Shown here: piece after piece, positions 20,279-30,997 of the stretch
Layout: each line of letters opens with the position of its first letter
How positions within the stretch are numbered: the stretch's first letter is position 1
From: Acinetobacter sp.
Lineage (GTDB): Bacteria > Pseudomonadota > Gammaproteobacteria > Pseudomonadales > Moraxellaceae
Reading direction: 5' to 3'
NCBI RefSeq assembly: GCF_039596015.1
Contig: NZ_JBCNKN010000006.1
Span: forward strand, 17,471-81,470
DNA: 64,000 nucleotides
Program-made: the position numbers and the translations under genes
The notes under the pieces: generated by a model
Databases searched by the model: none
What the model was told of the DNA's origin: nothing
Seen by the model: only the letters and a program-made list of their open reading frames with translations

Positions 20279-21667
20279 ATGTTGATATACATTATTCCGT
20301 TTGTGCTTTTACTTGTTATCGCTATTGTGTTGAAGAAACGAGCGTCAAATCAACAAAATAACGACACAAAAAAAGCACAACCGCTTAAGGGGAACCAGAA
20401 GGCGAAACTCGCTAAGGGGAAAGAGGTTTCGCATTCGACGGTAACTGCAACAACTGAAGTTGCTGAGCCACCTGCTAACCAAAAAGCTGAAGTAAATCCC
20501 GAATTCCGTCGTCGTATCGAAACGCTCATTCAGGAACAAAACTTTGGAACTGCGGAAGCATTACTCAATCAGGAACTCAACCAGAATAAAGACCAGCATG
20601 ATCTTTATTTACTTTTGCTTGATATTCATCTAAAACAACAAGACGATTTCGGTGTTACTCAGCTCTTAAATCATCTCAGATCACTGGGCCTTTTTGATTT
20701 AGTCCGCTTGGCTGAACAAAAATGTGCACTTGAAAAAGTCAAATCTGAAACCGTTCAGCATACGCCTGTTCAACTGCAAGAATCTGTCGAGACTACTCAT
20801 CAGGTAAAACCGAATACAGACACACTGTCCAATGTTCAAAATGTAAAGACAGCATCAAGTATAGACTTCCCTTCTGTCACGGATTCAAGCTCTTCTAAAA
20901 TTGAAAATCTCAATTCTGAGCCAAACGTCAAATCAGATGTGAAACCAGACGTTGCACCCATAGATTTTGACTTCAATTTTTCTGATCTAGCCAAAACTGA
21001 AGCTGAAACCAAACCAACACCTGAACCTGAAAAAGCGGCTGCACCTCTAGACTTTAAACTCAGCCTTGAGCCACAGAGTGTAGAAACCAAAGGGGCTCAT
21101 AACAACACTCCTCAAGCAACAATTGCACCTGCTTTGGAGTTTGATTTAGCTACACCCGACCTTCAAATAGAAACGGACAGCAAAGAAACTAAAACGAGTC
21201 AGATTCAACAAGACGCTCCAACGGAAGTTAATCATTCAGATTTTAAATTTGACTTTAAAACTACTGAACCTTCTTCATTGACAGCAGATGCTGAACCTGT
21301 TCAACTGCAACCAGAAGCTTCTGTAGAACAAGCATCTACGTTTACATTTGATCTTCCTGTAGCTGATGTTGCACCTGCGGCGGAAATTGCTCCTGAGCCA
21401 ATTGCAGTCGAAACACCTGTAGTCTTTGAAACAGCAACACCTGTCATGACTGAAACGGTTGTGGCACCTGTTATTTCAGACCCAATTCTGTTGCAGTTTC
21501 CAGAACTGACTCAAATGAAGGAAACCGAGCTAGATTTACGTCTGGCAGAACAATATATCAAGTTAGGTGCATTTGATGCCGCACGTCATTTACTCACGGC
21601 TCAAACCAAATTTGATCCAGAAGAGTCTGATCAGGCAAAAAAATTGCTAAATCAAATAGCTTCTTAA
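20279..21667 (+). CDS. fimV: FimV homologue, TM plus acidic cytoplasmic half with the FimV C-terminal motif
   Basis: TM helix LIYIIPFVLLLVIAIVL, a long acidic low-complexity region, and a C-terminal ELDLRLAEQYIKLGAFDAARHLL (FimV C-terminal TPR-like motif). AAGGA lies 7 nt before the ATG. Confidence 0.7.
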   Translation: MLIYIIPFVLLLVIAIVLKKRASNQQNNDTKKAQPLKGNQKAKLAKGKEVSHSTVTATTEVAEPPANQKAEVNPEFRRRIETLIQEQNFGTAEALLNQELNQNKDQHDLYLLLLDIHLKQQDDFGVTQLLNHLRSLGLFDLVRLAEQKCALEKVKSETVQHTPVQLQESVETTHQVKPNTDTLSNVQNVKTASSIDFPSVTDSSSSKIENLNSEPNVKSDVKPDVAPIDFDFNFSDLAKTEAETKPTPEPEKAAAPLDFKLSLEPQSVETKGAHNNTPQATIAPALEFDLATPDLQIETDSKETKTSQIQQDAPTEVNHSDFKFDFKTTEPSSLTADAEPVQLQPEASVEQASTFTFDLPVADVAPAAEIAPEPIAVETPVVFETATPVMTETVVAPVISDPILLQFPELTQMKETELDLRLAEQYIKLGAFDAARHLLTAQTKFDPEESDQAKKLLNQIAS

Positions 21668-21685
21668 AGCACTTCGTTCTACCAT

Positions 21686-21713
21686 AAGCAGTCAAGTTTG
21701 GCTGCTTTTTTTA
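21686..21713 (+). terminator. Terminator after the fimV C-terminal half
   Basis: AAGCAGTC...GGCTGCTT stem followed by T7. Confidence 0.5.
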
Positions 21714-21716
21714 TTT

Positions 21717-22679
21717 ATGAAAAATATCGCTTTAATCTATATGGGTGGAACATTTGGTTGTGTCGGCGAACCATTAAGCCCGATGCCTGATCATGAGTTT
21801 CTGCCACGCTTACAGAGCTTTCTACCCACAAATATCCAAACACAATGTTTTGCAGCACCTGTGATCAAAGACAGTAGTGCCTATACAGCGACAGACTGGC
21901 TAACGCTTGTGCAGTTTATTCAAAACTTACAACAACAATTTCAATATTTTGTCGTGATTCATGGTACAGATACCTTAAGTTATGCCAGTGCAGTTTTGGC
22001 ACGTTTTTTAGGTCAATCTAGCCATGTCATTTTAACAGGCAGCCAATTTCCATTACTCAATGTTGAAGGCACAAACATCCGTACCGAAACTGATGCCAAA
22101 GATAATTTGTGGTTCTCGCTTGAGCAGGTGACTCAGGTTCCTGCGGGCATTTATTTGGCATTTTGTGGGCAACTTTTTCACGGACGTACCGCATTAAAGG
22201 CTCATACAACAAATCTAGATGCCTTTCAGGGAACGCCTGCTGATCAAACTGTTACAATCACCCAAGAGTCAACACAAATCCAAGCACATGATATTGAAAA
22301 AGCCAAAAACTTCAATATCATGAGTTTAATGATGCAGCCAATCCAGCTGCAATGGTTACAGCAAAATCTACACATCCTTTTACAACAGCCACCTGAATTT
22401 TTAGTGTTGCAAGGTTTTGGGACAGGAAATTTAGTCACCAATGCTGAAATTATTGATCTGATTAAACAGTTTTCAGCACGCAACTGCCTACCGATTCTAA
22501 GTACACAAGTTTCTTTCGGTGGAATCGACCAACGCTATGCAGTCAGTGCATGGGTCAAAGATGCCCAAATTATTGTGACCGATACTTTAGGCCATGCCGA
22601 TCTGTATGCCAAAGCATTACAGCTTTATTTAAAATATGACCATGCTGAACAATGGTTCAGTCACTGGCAAGACGTATAA
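21717..22679 (+). CDS. Asparaginase-family protein (type I-like)
   Basis: N-terminal GGTFG (nucleophile Thr region) and an HGTDTL motif. Confidence 0.7.
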   Translation: MKNIALIYMGGTFGCVGEPLSPMPDHEFLPRLQSFLPTNIQTQCFAAPVIKDSSAYTATDWLTLVQFIQNLQQQFQYFVVIHGTDTLSYASAVLARFLGQSSHVILTGSQFPLLNVEGTNIRTETDAKDNLWFSLEQVTQVPAGIYLAFCGQLFHGRTALKAHTTNLDAFQGTPADQTVTITQESTQIQAHDIEKAKNFNIMSLMMQPIQLQWLQQNLHILLQQPPEFLVLQGFGTGNLVTNAEIIDLIKQFSARNCLPILSTQVSFGGIDQRYAVSAWVKDAQIIVTDTLGHADLYAKALQLYLKYDHAEQWFSHWQDV

Positions 22680-22694
22680 ATTTAAGGACACTTT

Positions 22695-23498
22695 ATGCAA
22701 CGATATGCTATCGGGATTGAATTTTGTGGAACTCGATTTAAAGGGTGGCAAACCCAACAGGCAGGTGTCCGCAGCATTCAAGAAACTTTAGAAACTGTTC
22801 TGAGCAAAATTGCTGACGAACCGATTATCGTACATGGTGCAGGTCGTACCGATGCGGGTGTTCATGCCACCAATATGGTTGCTCATTTTGATACCAACGC
22901 CATTCGCCCTGAACGTGGGTGGTTGATGGGGGCAAACAGTCAACTCACCAAAGATATTGCACTGAAGTGGATTCAGCCTGTAGACAATGACTTTCATGCA
23001 CGCTTTAAAGCCATTGCAAGACGCTATCGCTATGTGATTTATCATGCACCAATGCGCCCTGCGCTTCTCTACAAACAAGTGACACATGCCTACTATCCGC
23101 TAAACATAGCGAAAATGATACAGGCTGCCAAAAAGTTTGAAGGAACGCATAACTTTGAAAGTTTCCGTGCTGCTGCTTGTCAATCTAATCAACCCGTGCG
23201 TCATGTCAAACATTGTCGCTTAACTGCACATGGCCCTTTTTTGGTTCTCGATATTCAAGCCGATGGTTTCTTGCATCACATGGTGCGTAATATTGTTGGA
23301 TGTTTACTGGAAATTGGACAAGAACAATACGATATTGACCATATCGATACGATTTTTGCAGCCGAAGACCGTAAAGCCGCAGGTGTGACCGCACCCGCAG
23401 ATGGTTTATATTTTATTCAGGCGTATTATCCTGAACAATTTCAGAAACAGCTACCACAGGTTGATTTAGGCCCTCAATGGCTCAACTGGCCTGAATAA
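22695..23498 (+). CDS. truA: tRNA pseudouridine(38-40) synthase
   Basis: GAGRTDAGVHA catalytic-Asp motif, FHHMVRN motif, and position downstream of fimV. Confidence 0.95.
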   Translation: MQRYAIGIEFCGTRFKGWQTQQAGVRSIQETLETVLSKIADEPIIVHGAGRTDAGVHATNMVAHFDTNAIRPERGWLMGANSQLTKDIALKWIQPVDNDFHARFKAIARRYRYVIYHAPMRPALLYKQVTHAYYPLNIAKMIQAAKKFEGTHNFESFRAAACQSNQPVRHVKHCRLTAHGPFLVLDIQADGFLHHMVRNIVGCLLEIGQEQYDIDHIDTIFAAEDRKAAGVTAPADGLYFIQAYYPEQFQKQLPQVDLGPQWLNWPE

Positions 23499-23545
23499 GG
23501 CTCATCGCCACAAGTTCCTTATATATCAAACTACAATGAAGAAAT

Positions 23546-23563
23546 GAGGCGAAATAACGCCTC
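23546..23563. terminator. Hairpin between convergent truA and the AraC-family gene
   Basis: GAGGCG-AAATAA-CGCCTC with a flanking partially paired extension. T-rich on the minus side. Confidence 0.4.
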
Positions 23564-23572
23564 TCCTTCATC

Positions 23573-24583
23573 TTAAACATGCTGCTTGCGTTTACGGTAT
23601 TCTACAGGCGTTTCATTCGTCCAGCGTTTAAATGCCCGATAGAACGTACTTGGTTCAGAGAAACCTGTCAGATAGACGATACGCTCGATACTTTCATGGG
23701 TATTTGATAACAGTTTTTTGGCTAAACGACAACGATAGTCGGACAAGATATGCTGAAAACTGGTCTGAGCATCGCTAAGCTGCGAACGTAAGCGCCTTGG
23801 CGTGATGTTTAACTGTGCTGCTACCGTTTCCAGTGTTGTTTCACCTTGTTCTAAAGTTGCACCTATGGCACGGCGTACATCACCAATCAAATCGTAACGC
23901 TCTAATTCTTGCAATTTTTCTAATGCCAATTGCTCATGTAGATGCAATAAATCAGGATCTGCCTGCCATAAAGGATGATCCAAAATACTGGCATCGAAAT
24001 ATAAACGGGTTTCTTTTTGCCCCAAACTCACAGGACACTCATACACCCGAAAATATTCATCTGCCACCGCCCCTTCATCAAAATCAAAATCGATAAAGAT
24101 GGGTTGAAATGCACCTTCAGTTAAAAATTTAAAAAAACGTAAAATGCCAGAAATAGCACACTCAGAAAAGTGCCGATTTACCAACGTATTGGGATGCGCC
24201 TGAGCACCATTGGCCAGATAACAACGCCCATCTTCAATTACCAATCGGGCATGAAATGCATCACTAATCAGCCTTTGATAAGCCAATGCACGTTTTAACC
24301 CATCTCCAAAATTTTCACTACTTAAAAACAAATGCTCAATCACCTGCCCGCGATACAAAGGCAAGTGTTCGCCAAGATGCAACCCAATATCAGGATCGGC
24401 ACTGACATCTACTGCGGCTGTCCAAAATGCTTGTTGTGCGCTTAATGGGGTACGTTCATTGAGTTGTAACTGATTTAAAGCAACGCCTGCTTTTTTCAAT
24501 ATTTTTTCTGTCGATAATCCAGCCCGTCGCATCGCTTGATAGCCCAGACGTAAAATAACTGAAGCATCTGTTAGCTGACCCAC
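23573..24583 (-). CDS. AraC-family transcriptional regulator
   Basis: C-terminal double HTH (IVYLTGFSEPSTFYRAFKRW) with an N-terminal AraC-binding-like domain. Confidence 0.85.
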   Translation of the reverse strand: MGQLTDASVILRLGYQAMRRAGLSTEKILKKAGVALNQLQLNERTPLSAQQAFWTAAVDVSADPDIGLHLGEHLPLYRGQVIEHLFLSSENFGDGLKRALAYQRLISDAFHARLVIEDGRCYLANGAQAHPNTLVNRHFSECAISGILRFFKFLTEGAFQPIFIDFDFDEGAVADEYFRVYECPVSLGQKETRLYFDASILDHPLWQADPDLLHLHEQLALEKLQELERYDLIGDVRRAIGATLEQGETTLETVAAQLNITPRRLRSQLSDAQTSFQHILSDYRCRLAKKLLSNTHESIERIVYLTGFSEPSTFYRAFKRWTNETPVEYRKRKQHV

Positions 24584-24810
24584 AAATTATTCATCCTTGT
24601 ATGTTCTTCATTTTTTAATTAAAAGTGAATTTTTAGATTAATCATGATTAGCCAAACTGACAACGAAAATTCGGTAACTTTTGTGATAAAAGTTTAAACC
24701 TAACGTTCATTTTATGACGTTTAACCTTCGACAAATGCCTATGCCGACTTGTTTTTTTCAGGGCTTTGTATATAATTTGCACCTTCTCATTTTTATTCAT
24801 CAGGTAGGCT

Positions 24811-25032
24811 ATGGCCAATAAAGAAGAACTAATCGAGTTCGAAGGCGTTGTCACCGAAACGCTTCCTAATACAATGTTCCGTGTACGTCTTGAAAATGGT
24901 CACGAAGTCATCGCTCACATTTCAGGTAAAATGCGTAAACACTATATCCGTATTTTGACTGGCGATAGCGTTAAGGTTGAAATGACACCTTATGACTTGA
25001 CCAAAGGTCGTATTACTTACCGTGCACGTTAA
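24811..25032 (+). CDS. infA: Translation initiation factor IF-1
   Basis: 73 aa, [52 protein letters not shown]..., near-universal IF-1 sequence. Confidence 0.97.
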   Translation: MANKEELIEFEGVVTETLPNTMFRVRLENGHEVIAHISGKMRKHYIRILTGDSVKVEMTPYDLTKGRITYRAR

Positions 25033-25043
25033 GTATTAGAAGC

Positions 25044-25070
25044 AAAAAAGCCACAAAACGTGGCTTTTTT
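25044..25070 (+). terminator. infA terminator
   Basis: AAAAAAGCCAC-AAAAC-GTGGCTTTTTT. Confidence 0.85.
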
Positions 25071-25093
25071 AATATCTGGTCATCTACTCATAT

Positions 25094-25456
25094 TTAATCC
25101 AAAGTAGACGTTTTACATCCGATTGTTTTGCATTCACGAATCCTCTCTTGAATCCAATGATTCCTTTGTTGCGTATGTTCTAGTCGACATGCCACATCCA
25201 CCGTTGAACCATTGGTACAGTTCTCATCTCGATCTCTAATCCACGCCAATTGTGAGCGTTTCAAAATCGCTTTTTGTTGTGTATTCAATTGTCCACGTAA
25301 CAATTGGTAGTTTTTATTCAGTTCATTATCAGCACTGGCATACAGCTTATTGGTGCAATAAATATCATCAAAAGTATTACGTGTTTGATTACAGTTATCT
25401 GCCATTGCCCAAGAAGAAAATGCCAAACAACAACTTGCAAAGAGTATTTTTTTCAT
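25094..25456 (-). CDS. LprI/DUF1311-family periplasmic protein
   Basis: Signal peptide followed by ADNELNKNYQLL...QLAWIRDRDENC, the DUF1311 pattern. Confidence 0.75.
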   Translation of the reverse strand: MKKILFASCCLAFSSWAMADNCNQTRNTFDDIYCTNKLYASADNELNKNYQLLRGQLNTQQKAILKRSQLAWIRDRDENCTNGSTVDVACRLEHTQQRNHWIQERIRECKTIGCKTSTLD

Positions 25457-25470
25457 TTTAGGTACTTATA

Positions 25471-25510
25471 ATAAAAAATCACACCCTAAAATTAATTTAA
25501 GGTGTGATTC
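25471..25510 (-). terminator. leuB terminator
   Basis: AATCACACC / GGTGTGATT stem, followed by T6 on the minus strand. Confidence 0.65.
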
Positions 25511-25534
25511 AAGTCAAATCTTTTAATTTTACAA

Positions 25535-26617
25535 TTAAGCGCCTAATGCGTTTACAACCGCCTCGCCCATTGCTTTTGTGCCAACTTTGGTTTTGCCTTC
25601 TGACATAATATCAGCAGTACGTAAACCTTGATCAAGTACTTGACCTACAGCATCTTCAATGGCTTTTGCTGCTGCTTCTTCACGGAAGGTATAGCGTAAC
25701 ATCATGGCAACAGAAAGAATGGTCGCTAACGGATTGGCTACATTTTGCCCTGCAATATCAGGCGCAGAACCATGACAAGGCTCATACATGCCTTTGCCTT
25801 GTTCATCTAATGATGCCGATGGCAACATACCAATTGAACCTGTCAACATCGCAGCTTCATCAGATAAAATGTCACCGAACAGGTTACCTGTAACAATCAC
25901 GTCAAACTGTTTAGGCGCACGTACAAGTTGCATTGCGGCATTGTCGACATACATATGTGAAAGCTGGATATTTGAATATTCCGCTTCTTTTAATGCAGTC
26001 ACTGTTTGCTTCCAAAGCTCAGTCACTTCAAGTACGTTGGCTTTATCCACCGAACAGACTTTTCCACCACGTAAACCTGCTAATTCAAAAGCAACCTTGG
26101 CAATACGTTTGATCTCGCTTTCGCTATATACATCGGTGTTATAACCTTGTTTTTCGCCATTTTCGAGTTCACGAATCCCGCGTGGCTGACCAAAGTAAAT
26201 CCCGCCCGTCAATTCACGCACGATTAAAATATCTAAGCCAGCCACAATTTCAGGCTTCAAGCTAGAAGCATCAGCCAATTGTGGATATAAAATTGCAGGA
26301 CGCAAATTTGCAAATAAATTCAGTTCACTACGGATTTTAAGCAAACCACGTTCTGGGCGAATTGAACGCTCAATCGTATCCCATTTTGGCCCGCCAACAG
26401 CACCCAATAAAATCGCATCGGCTTTTTTTGCTTGTTCTGATGTAACCGCTGGGTAAGGTTCGCCATGTGCATCAATTGCAGCGCCCCCTAATAAACCATG
26501 TTCCCATGTTAATCCTAGCTGATATTGCTCGTTAACAGCGGCTAATACTGTTTCTGCAGCTGCTACGATTTCTGGGCCAATACCATCACCCGCTAAAATT
26601 AAAATTTGCTTAGACAT
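25535..26617 (-). CDS. leuB: 3-isopropylmalate dehydrogenase
   Basis: [17 protein letters not shown] start and the [25 protein letters not shown] signature. Confidence 0.95.
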   Translation of the reverse strand: MSKQILILAGDGIGPEIVAAAETVLAAVNEQYQLGLTWEHGLLGGAAIDAHGEPYPAVTSEQAKKADAILLGAVGGPKWDTIERSIRPERGLLKIRSELNLFANLRPAILYPQLADASSLKPEIVAGLDILIVRELTGGIYFGQPRGIRELENGEKQGYNTDVYSESEIKRIAKVAFELAGLRGGKVCSVDKANVLEVTELWKQTVTALKEAEYSNIQLSHMYVDNAAMQLVRAPKQFDVIVTGNLFGDILSDEAAMLTGSIGMLPSASLDEQGKGMYEPCHGSAPDIAGQNVANPLATILSVAMMLRYTFREEAAAKAIEDAVGQVLDQGLRTADIMSEGKTKVGTKAMGEAVVNALGA

Positions 26618-26667
26618 AATTTTTTCCACGATAATTTTAGATCATCTGATCTATTGTTTACACTGGA

Positions 26668-27243
26668 TTAGCTGCGACGTTCTACGAATTCACCCAATCC
26701 AGTTAATGCATTGTAAGGTTTACAGAAACGACGTATAGGATGTTGATTTTCAAGCAAAACCACACATAAAGGGTCTGGTGCAGACACATTTAATAAACTG
26801 CCAGAATTCGATTTTGTCCGATTGCGATACATTTTAAATGTATAGCTCCGATTTTCCCGAAAATTATGAATAACGCTAATTGTCTCGGCACGGTCTTTTG
26901 AAATCGGATAAAAACGAATCACAACCTCATGTTGTTGATCTGGTACAGTTAAATAAAGTGCATTAGCATAACCCGTTGTTTTTGCATTCAATCGTACATA
27001 GCCCTTTTTGATTGCCTGATGACTGACTAAATGAGTCGTATCATCCACGATTGGCGTATTATCAAAACGCTCAAACTCGCAATCGGCTGTGCCATCACAA
27101 TAAATTTTGACACTTGCCGCTTTTTGATCAGGTGCAATGTATTTTATGGCAATCGTATCAACTGCTTGCTGTGTATGCTGACATGCACTGAGCAAAATGG
27201 CACACATCCCCAATAAAACATTTCGACCGATTTTTTTTTGCAT
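26668..27243 (-). CDS. Hypothetical lipoprotein located between leuD and leuB
   Basis: Lipobox LLSAC after a signal sequence. 191-aa ORF, co-oriented with the leu genes. Confidence 0.65.
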   Translation of the reverse strand: MQKKIGRNVLLGMCAILLSACQHTQQAVDTIAIKYIAPDQKAASVKIYCDGTADCEFERFDNTPIVDDTTHLVSHQAIKKGYVRLNAKTTGYANALYLTVPDQQHEVVIRFYPISKDRAETISVIHNFRENRSYTFKMYRNRTKSNSGSLLNVSAPDPLCVVLLENQHPIRRFCKPYNALTGLGEFVERRS

Positions 27244-27357
27244 ATGAACAGCCCAACCTTATGCATCATTGCAGATTGAATTCACCATGAATAACCTGAC
27301 ATGTTAGCAATAGTTAGGCGATCACGCTATGTTCCGCTCAAATTCTCTTGACAGGTT

Positions 27358-28002
27358 TTAAAGTTCCTGAAAAACCCAAGGTCGGCTTTTTTGCGTTTTC
27401 GTTTCATATTCACGAATTAAATCAGCATCTTGAAGCGTTAAACCAATATCATCTAAACCATTTAACAAACAATGTTTACGAAATGGATCAACTTCAAATT
27501 TAAATACCGTGCCTGCTGGTGTTCTCACTTCTTGAGCAGCCAAATCAACGGTTAATTGATAACCTTCTGTTGCCGCACATTCCTTGAACAATTGTTCCAC
27601 TTCAGCTTCAGTCAAAATGACAGGCAACATGCCGTTTTTAAAACTGTTGTTGAAAAAGATATCAGCATAACTTGAAGCGATGACTGTACGAAATCCGTAT
27701 TCATTTAATGCCCAAGGTGCATGTTCACGGCTTGAACCACAACCGAAATTTGAACGGGTCAATAAAATGGTTGAACCTTGATAACGAGGTTGGTTTAAAA
27801 CGAAGCCTGGATTTTGGGGACGCTTCGCAATGTCCTGTCCCAAATAGCCTTCATCTAAATAACGTAATTCATCAAATAAGTTGTCGCCAAAGCCAGTGCG
27901 CTTAATTGACTTTAAAAACTGTTTTGGAATGATTAAATCGGTATCGACATTGGCACGGTCTAATGGTGCAACAATACCTTGTTCAACTGTATATTTTTTC
28001 AT
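27358..28002 (-). CDS. leuD: 3-isopropylmalate dehydratase small subunit
   Basis: [17 protein letters not shown] motif. Confidence 0.95.
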   Translation of the reverse strand: MKKYTVEQGIVAPLDRANVDTDLIIPKQFLKSIKRTGFGDNLFDELRYLDEGYLGQDIAKRPQNPGFVLNQPRYQGSTILLTRSNFGCGSSREHAPWALNEYGFRTVIASSYADIFFNNSFKNGMLPVILTEAEVEQLFKECAATEGYQLTVDLAAQEVRTPAGTVFKFEVDPFRKHCLLNGLDDIGLTLQDADLIREYETKTQKSRPWVFQEL

Positions 28003-28013
28003 GGTCTTGCCCC

Positions 28014-29432
28014 TTAGAATGTACGCACATCAACAAAATGACCTGCTATCGCTGCTGCTGCTGCCATTGCTGGACTCACCAAATGTGTACGTCCGCCATT
28101 GCCCTGACGACCTTCAAAGTTACGGTTTGAAGTCGATGCACAATGCTCGCCTGACTGTAATTTGTCAGCGTTCATCGCCAAACACATTGAACAACCTGGT
28201 TCACGCCACTCAAAACCAGCATCTAAAAAGACTTGATCTAATCCTTCTTTTTCGGCTTGTTCTTTGACTAAACCTGAACCTGGCACAATCATCGCCTGTT
28301 TGATGCTAGATGCAACTTTACGACCTTTCACCACTTCTGCTGCAGCACGAATATCTTCAATACGAGAGTTGGTACAAGAACCGATAAAGACACGGTCAAT
28401 CTGAATATCTGCCAATGCCTGACCAGCCGTTAAGCCCATATATTGATAAGCACGTGTCCAGTCGTTACGTTGTACGTCATCTTTGGCTTGTTCTAAGGTA
28501 GGGACAGCTTGTGACACAGAAACCACCATCTCAGGAGAAGTTCCCCAAGACACTTGTGGTTCAATCTCTTCACCTTTTAACACAACAACAGTATCAAACT
28601 GTGCGTCATCGTCTGAATGCAAGGTATTCCAGTAAGCAACTGCCGCATCCCAATCAGCATCTTTAGGTGCATAAGGTCGACCTTTTACATAGTCAATGGT
28701 TTGCTCATCAACAGCAACCAAGCCGACACGTGCGCCTGCTTCAATTGCCATGTTACAAACCGTCATACGCCCTTCAATCGACATATCACGGAATACCTGA
28801 CCACCAAATTCAATCGCATGACCTGTACCGCCAGCCGTACCGATTTTTCCGATAATCGCTAACACCACGTCTTTTGGCGTTACGCCTTTACCCAAAGTGC
28901 CATCGACACGCACCAACATGTTTTTCATTTTCTTTTGCACAAGACACTGGGTTGCCAAAACATGTTCGACTTCTGACGTACCAATCCCGTGTGCCAAACA
29001 CCCAAAAGCACCATGTGTTGCTGTATGTGAGTCACCACACACCACCGTCATACCTGGCAAAGTCAAACCTTGTTCAGGGCCAACCACATGCACAATCCCC
29101 TGCCGTTTGTCGTTAATGCCAAACTCAACAATGTTAAAGGTTTTACAGTTGTCATCTAAAGTTTGAACTTGAATACGAGAAGTCGTGTCTTCAATGCCGG
29201 CAATACCCTGTTCACGTTCTTTTTTAGACGTTGGCACGTTATGGTCAGGCGTTGCCACATTGGCACTTAAACGCCACGGTTGACGTCCTGCCAGTTGCAA
29301 ACCTTCAAATGCTTGAGGACTGGTTACTTCGTGCAATAACTGACGGTCAATATAAATTAAGCTTGAACCATCATCACGTTGTTTCACCAAGTGATCGTCC
29401 CATAATTTGTCATATAAAGTTTTGCCTGCCAT
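28014..29432 (-). CDS. leuC: 3-isopropylmalate dehydratase large subunit
   Basis: [16 protein letters not shown] start (GGAG 9 nt upstream) and aconitase-family Fe-S cysteines ([22 protein letters not shown]). Confidence 0.95.
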   Translation of the reverse strand: MAGKTLYDKLWDDHLVKQRDDGSSLIYIDRQLLHEVTSPQAFEGLQLAGRQPWRLSANVATPDHNVPTSKKEREQGIAGIEDTTSRIQVQTLDDNCKTFNIVEFGINDKRQGIVHVVGPEQGLTLPGMTVVCGDSHTATHGAFGCLAHGIGTSEVEHVLATQCLVQKKMKNMLVRVDGTLGKGVTPKDVVLAIIGKIGTAGGTGHAIEFGGQVFRDMSIEGRMTVCNMAIEAGARVGLVAVDEQTIDYVKGRPYAPKDADWDAAVAYWNTLHSDDDAQFDTVVVLKGEEIEPQVSWGTSPEMVVSVSQAVPTLEQAKDDVQRNDWTRAYQYMGLTAGQALADIQIDRVFIGSCTNSRIEDIRAAAEVVKGRKVASSIKQAMIVPGSGLVKEQAEKEGLDQVFLDAGFEWREPGCSMCLAMNADKLQSGEHCASTSNRNFEGRQGNGGRTHLVSPAMAAAAAIAGHFVDVRTF

Positions 29433-29980
29433 GTCGACGTGCTCCATTGGACTGGGTATTTAATAATTTAAATGATTATAACCTGCTTTAAATATAAAAC
29501 TAATTTATCATTTTTATGAATTATAAAACTTTTAGGAATGATTTATTCGTTAAATTTGACGCAATCTTGCCATATTTACAAGATCACGGCATAATATCAA
29601 TATAATGCAAACAAAATCACAATTATTATCATGATTAGCAAACTATATTACATTTTACTAACAGGACTCTCTCTGGTTTTTTTCGAGGTTTTACTCAGTC
29701 TTTCACTTGTTTTGATGAATCCCTTTCCCTCGACTCATCATTTTTACTGGGTGTCACCTAACACAGATGTTGAATCTACATTCGACCCTTCTAATGAGGG
29801 AAATTCTAAAAATTTATATCATGCTGCAATCCCGACGCTTAAACAGGGGTTAAAGCAGTCACATAACCAGATCCGTTGCTCTAACAATAACCCTTAATCT
29901 TTAAAATTAATATTTCAGGAAAGATTCCTAAAGTAAAATCAGGTATCTTATTGATGCCACAATATTCCTAGAGCATTCCC

Positions 29981-30847
29981 ATGAATCTTGCCGCTTTTGA
30001 AGCATTTATTAAAGTTATGGAAACAGGTTCAATTTCTCTGGCTGCTGATCAACTCTTCATTACCCAACCTGCGGTCACAAAACGGATTCATAGCCTAGAA
30101 GAATATTTTGGTGTTACGTTATTTGAATCTGCGGGACGTGGCATTCAACCCACACATACTGCACATATCCTGTTACCCAAAATAAAAACATGGATCAATG
30201 AACTCGGAGACATGCACCACACCTTAAGCCATCAACAACGAAAAGTTCAGGGTCGGCTTAAAATCGGAACCAGTCACCACTTAGGTTTGCACTATCTGCC
30301 ACGCTATTTAAAACAATATGTGCAACGCTATCCCGATGTCGTTTTAGATGTACATTTCGTGGACTCAGAACAAGCACACGAACAAGTGCTGGCGGGCGAT
30401 CTGGAACTTGCTTTTCTCACCCTCCCGCCTGTAGGGGATGACCGACTGGAGTATCAAAAAATCTGGATAGATCCACTGGTGTTTGTGGTTGCGCCATTTC
30501 ATACCCTAACGCAACAGGAAAACCTGCAACTTGAAGATCTGATGCACTACCCAAGTCTATTGCCCTCAGCAAAAACCTATACCAGTCAGATTACCCTTGC
30601 TGAATTTGAGAAACAGGGACTAAAACCCAAAGTCAGCATGAGCAATAACCCGCTAGAATCGATTCGCATGTTAGTTTCGATTGGACTGGGTTGGTCCGTT
30701 TTACCTAAAACATTGGTCAATCAAGACTTACAAGTGTTAAACCTTGACTTACAGTTACAGCGCGAACTTGGTATGGTGTGGCATCCTGCACGAACCCAGT
30801 CGAGAGCGATGCAAGAACTCATTAAAATGATGCAGATTGAAAATTAA
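29981..30847 (+). CDS. LysR-family transcriptional regulator (divergent from leuC)
   Basis: N-terminal HTH SISLAADQLFITQPAVTKRIHSLE plus a LysR substrate-binding domain. Confidence 0.85.
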   Translation: MNLAAFEAFIKVMETGSISLAADQLFITQPAVTKRIHSLEEYFGVTLFESAGRGIQPTHTAHILLPKIKTWINELGDMHHTLSHQQRKVQGRLKIGTSHHLGLHYLPRYLKQYVQRYPDVVLDVHFVDSEQAHEQVLAGDLELAFLTLPPVGDDRLEYQKIWIDPLVFVVAPFHTLTQQENLQLEDLMHYPSLLPSAKTYTSQITLAEFEKQGLKPKVSMSNNPLESIRMLVSIGLGWSVLPKTLVNQDLQVLNLDLQLQRELGMVWHPARTQSRAMQELIKMMQIEN

Positions 30848-30997
30848 CAGCACCTCTTTTGATACACCTATCCATTAAAAAAAGCAGCCATTCTGAGATA
30901 AAGCATGGTGCTGATCTCTAATTTAACTGATACGATTACGACTGACTTTTTGTTTTATCATCAAAACTATTTTTAACATCTAACTTTAAAAAATGCC

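Noticed and set aside
29631-29897. 88-aa ORF with a hydrophobic N-terminus in the leuC / LysR divergent region
   Set aside because: It has no SD before the ATG, low-complexity AT-rich codons and no recognisable motif. It cannot be fully excluded as a small membrane protein, but the support is insufficient. I also looked here for a Leu-rich leader peptide and attenuator upstream of leuC and did not find one.
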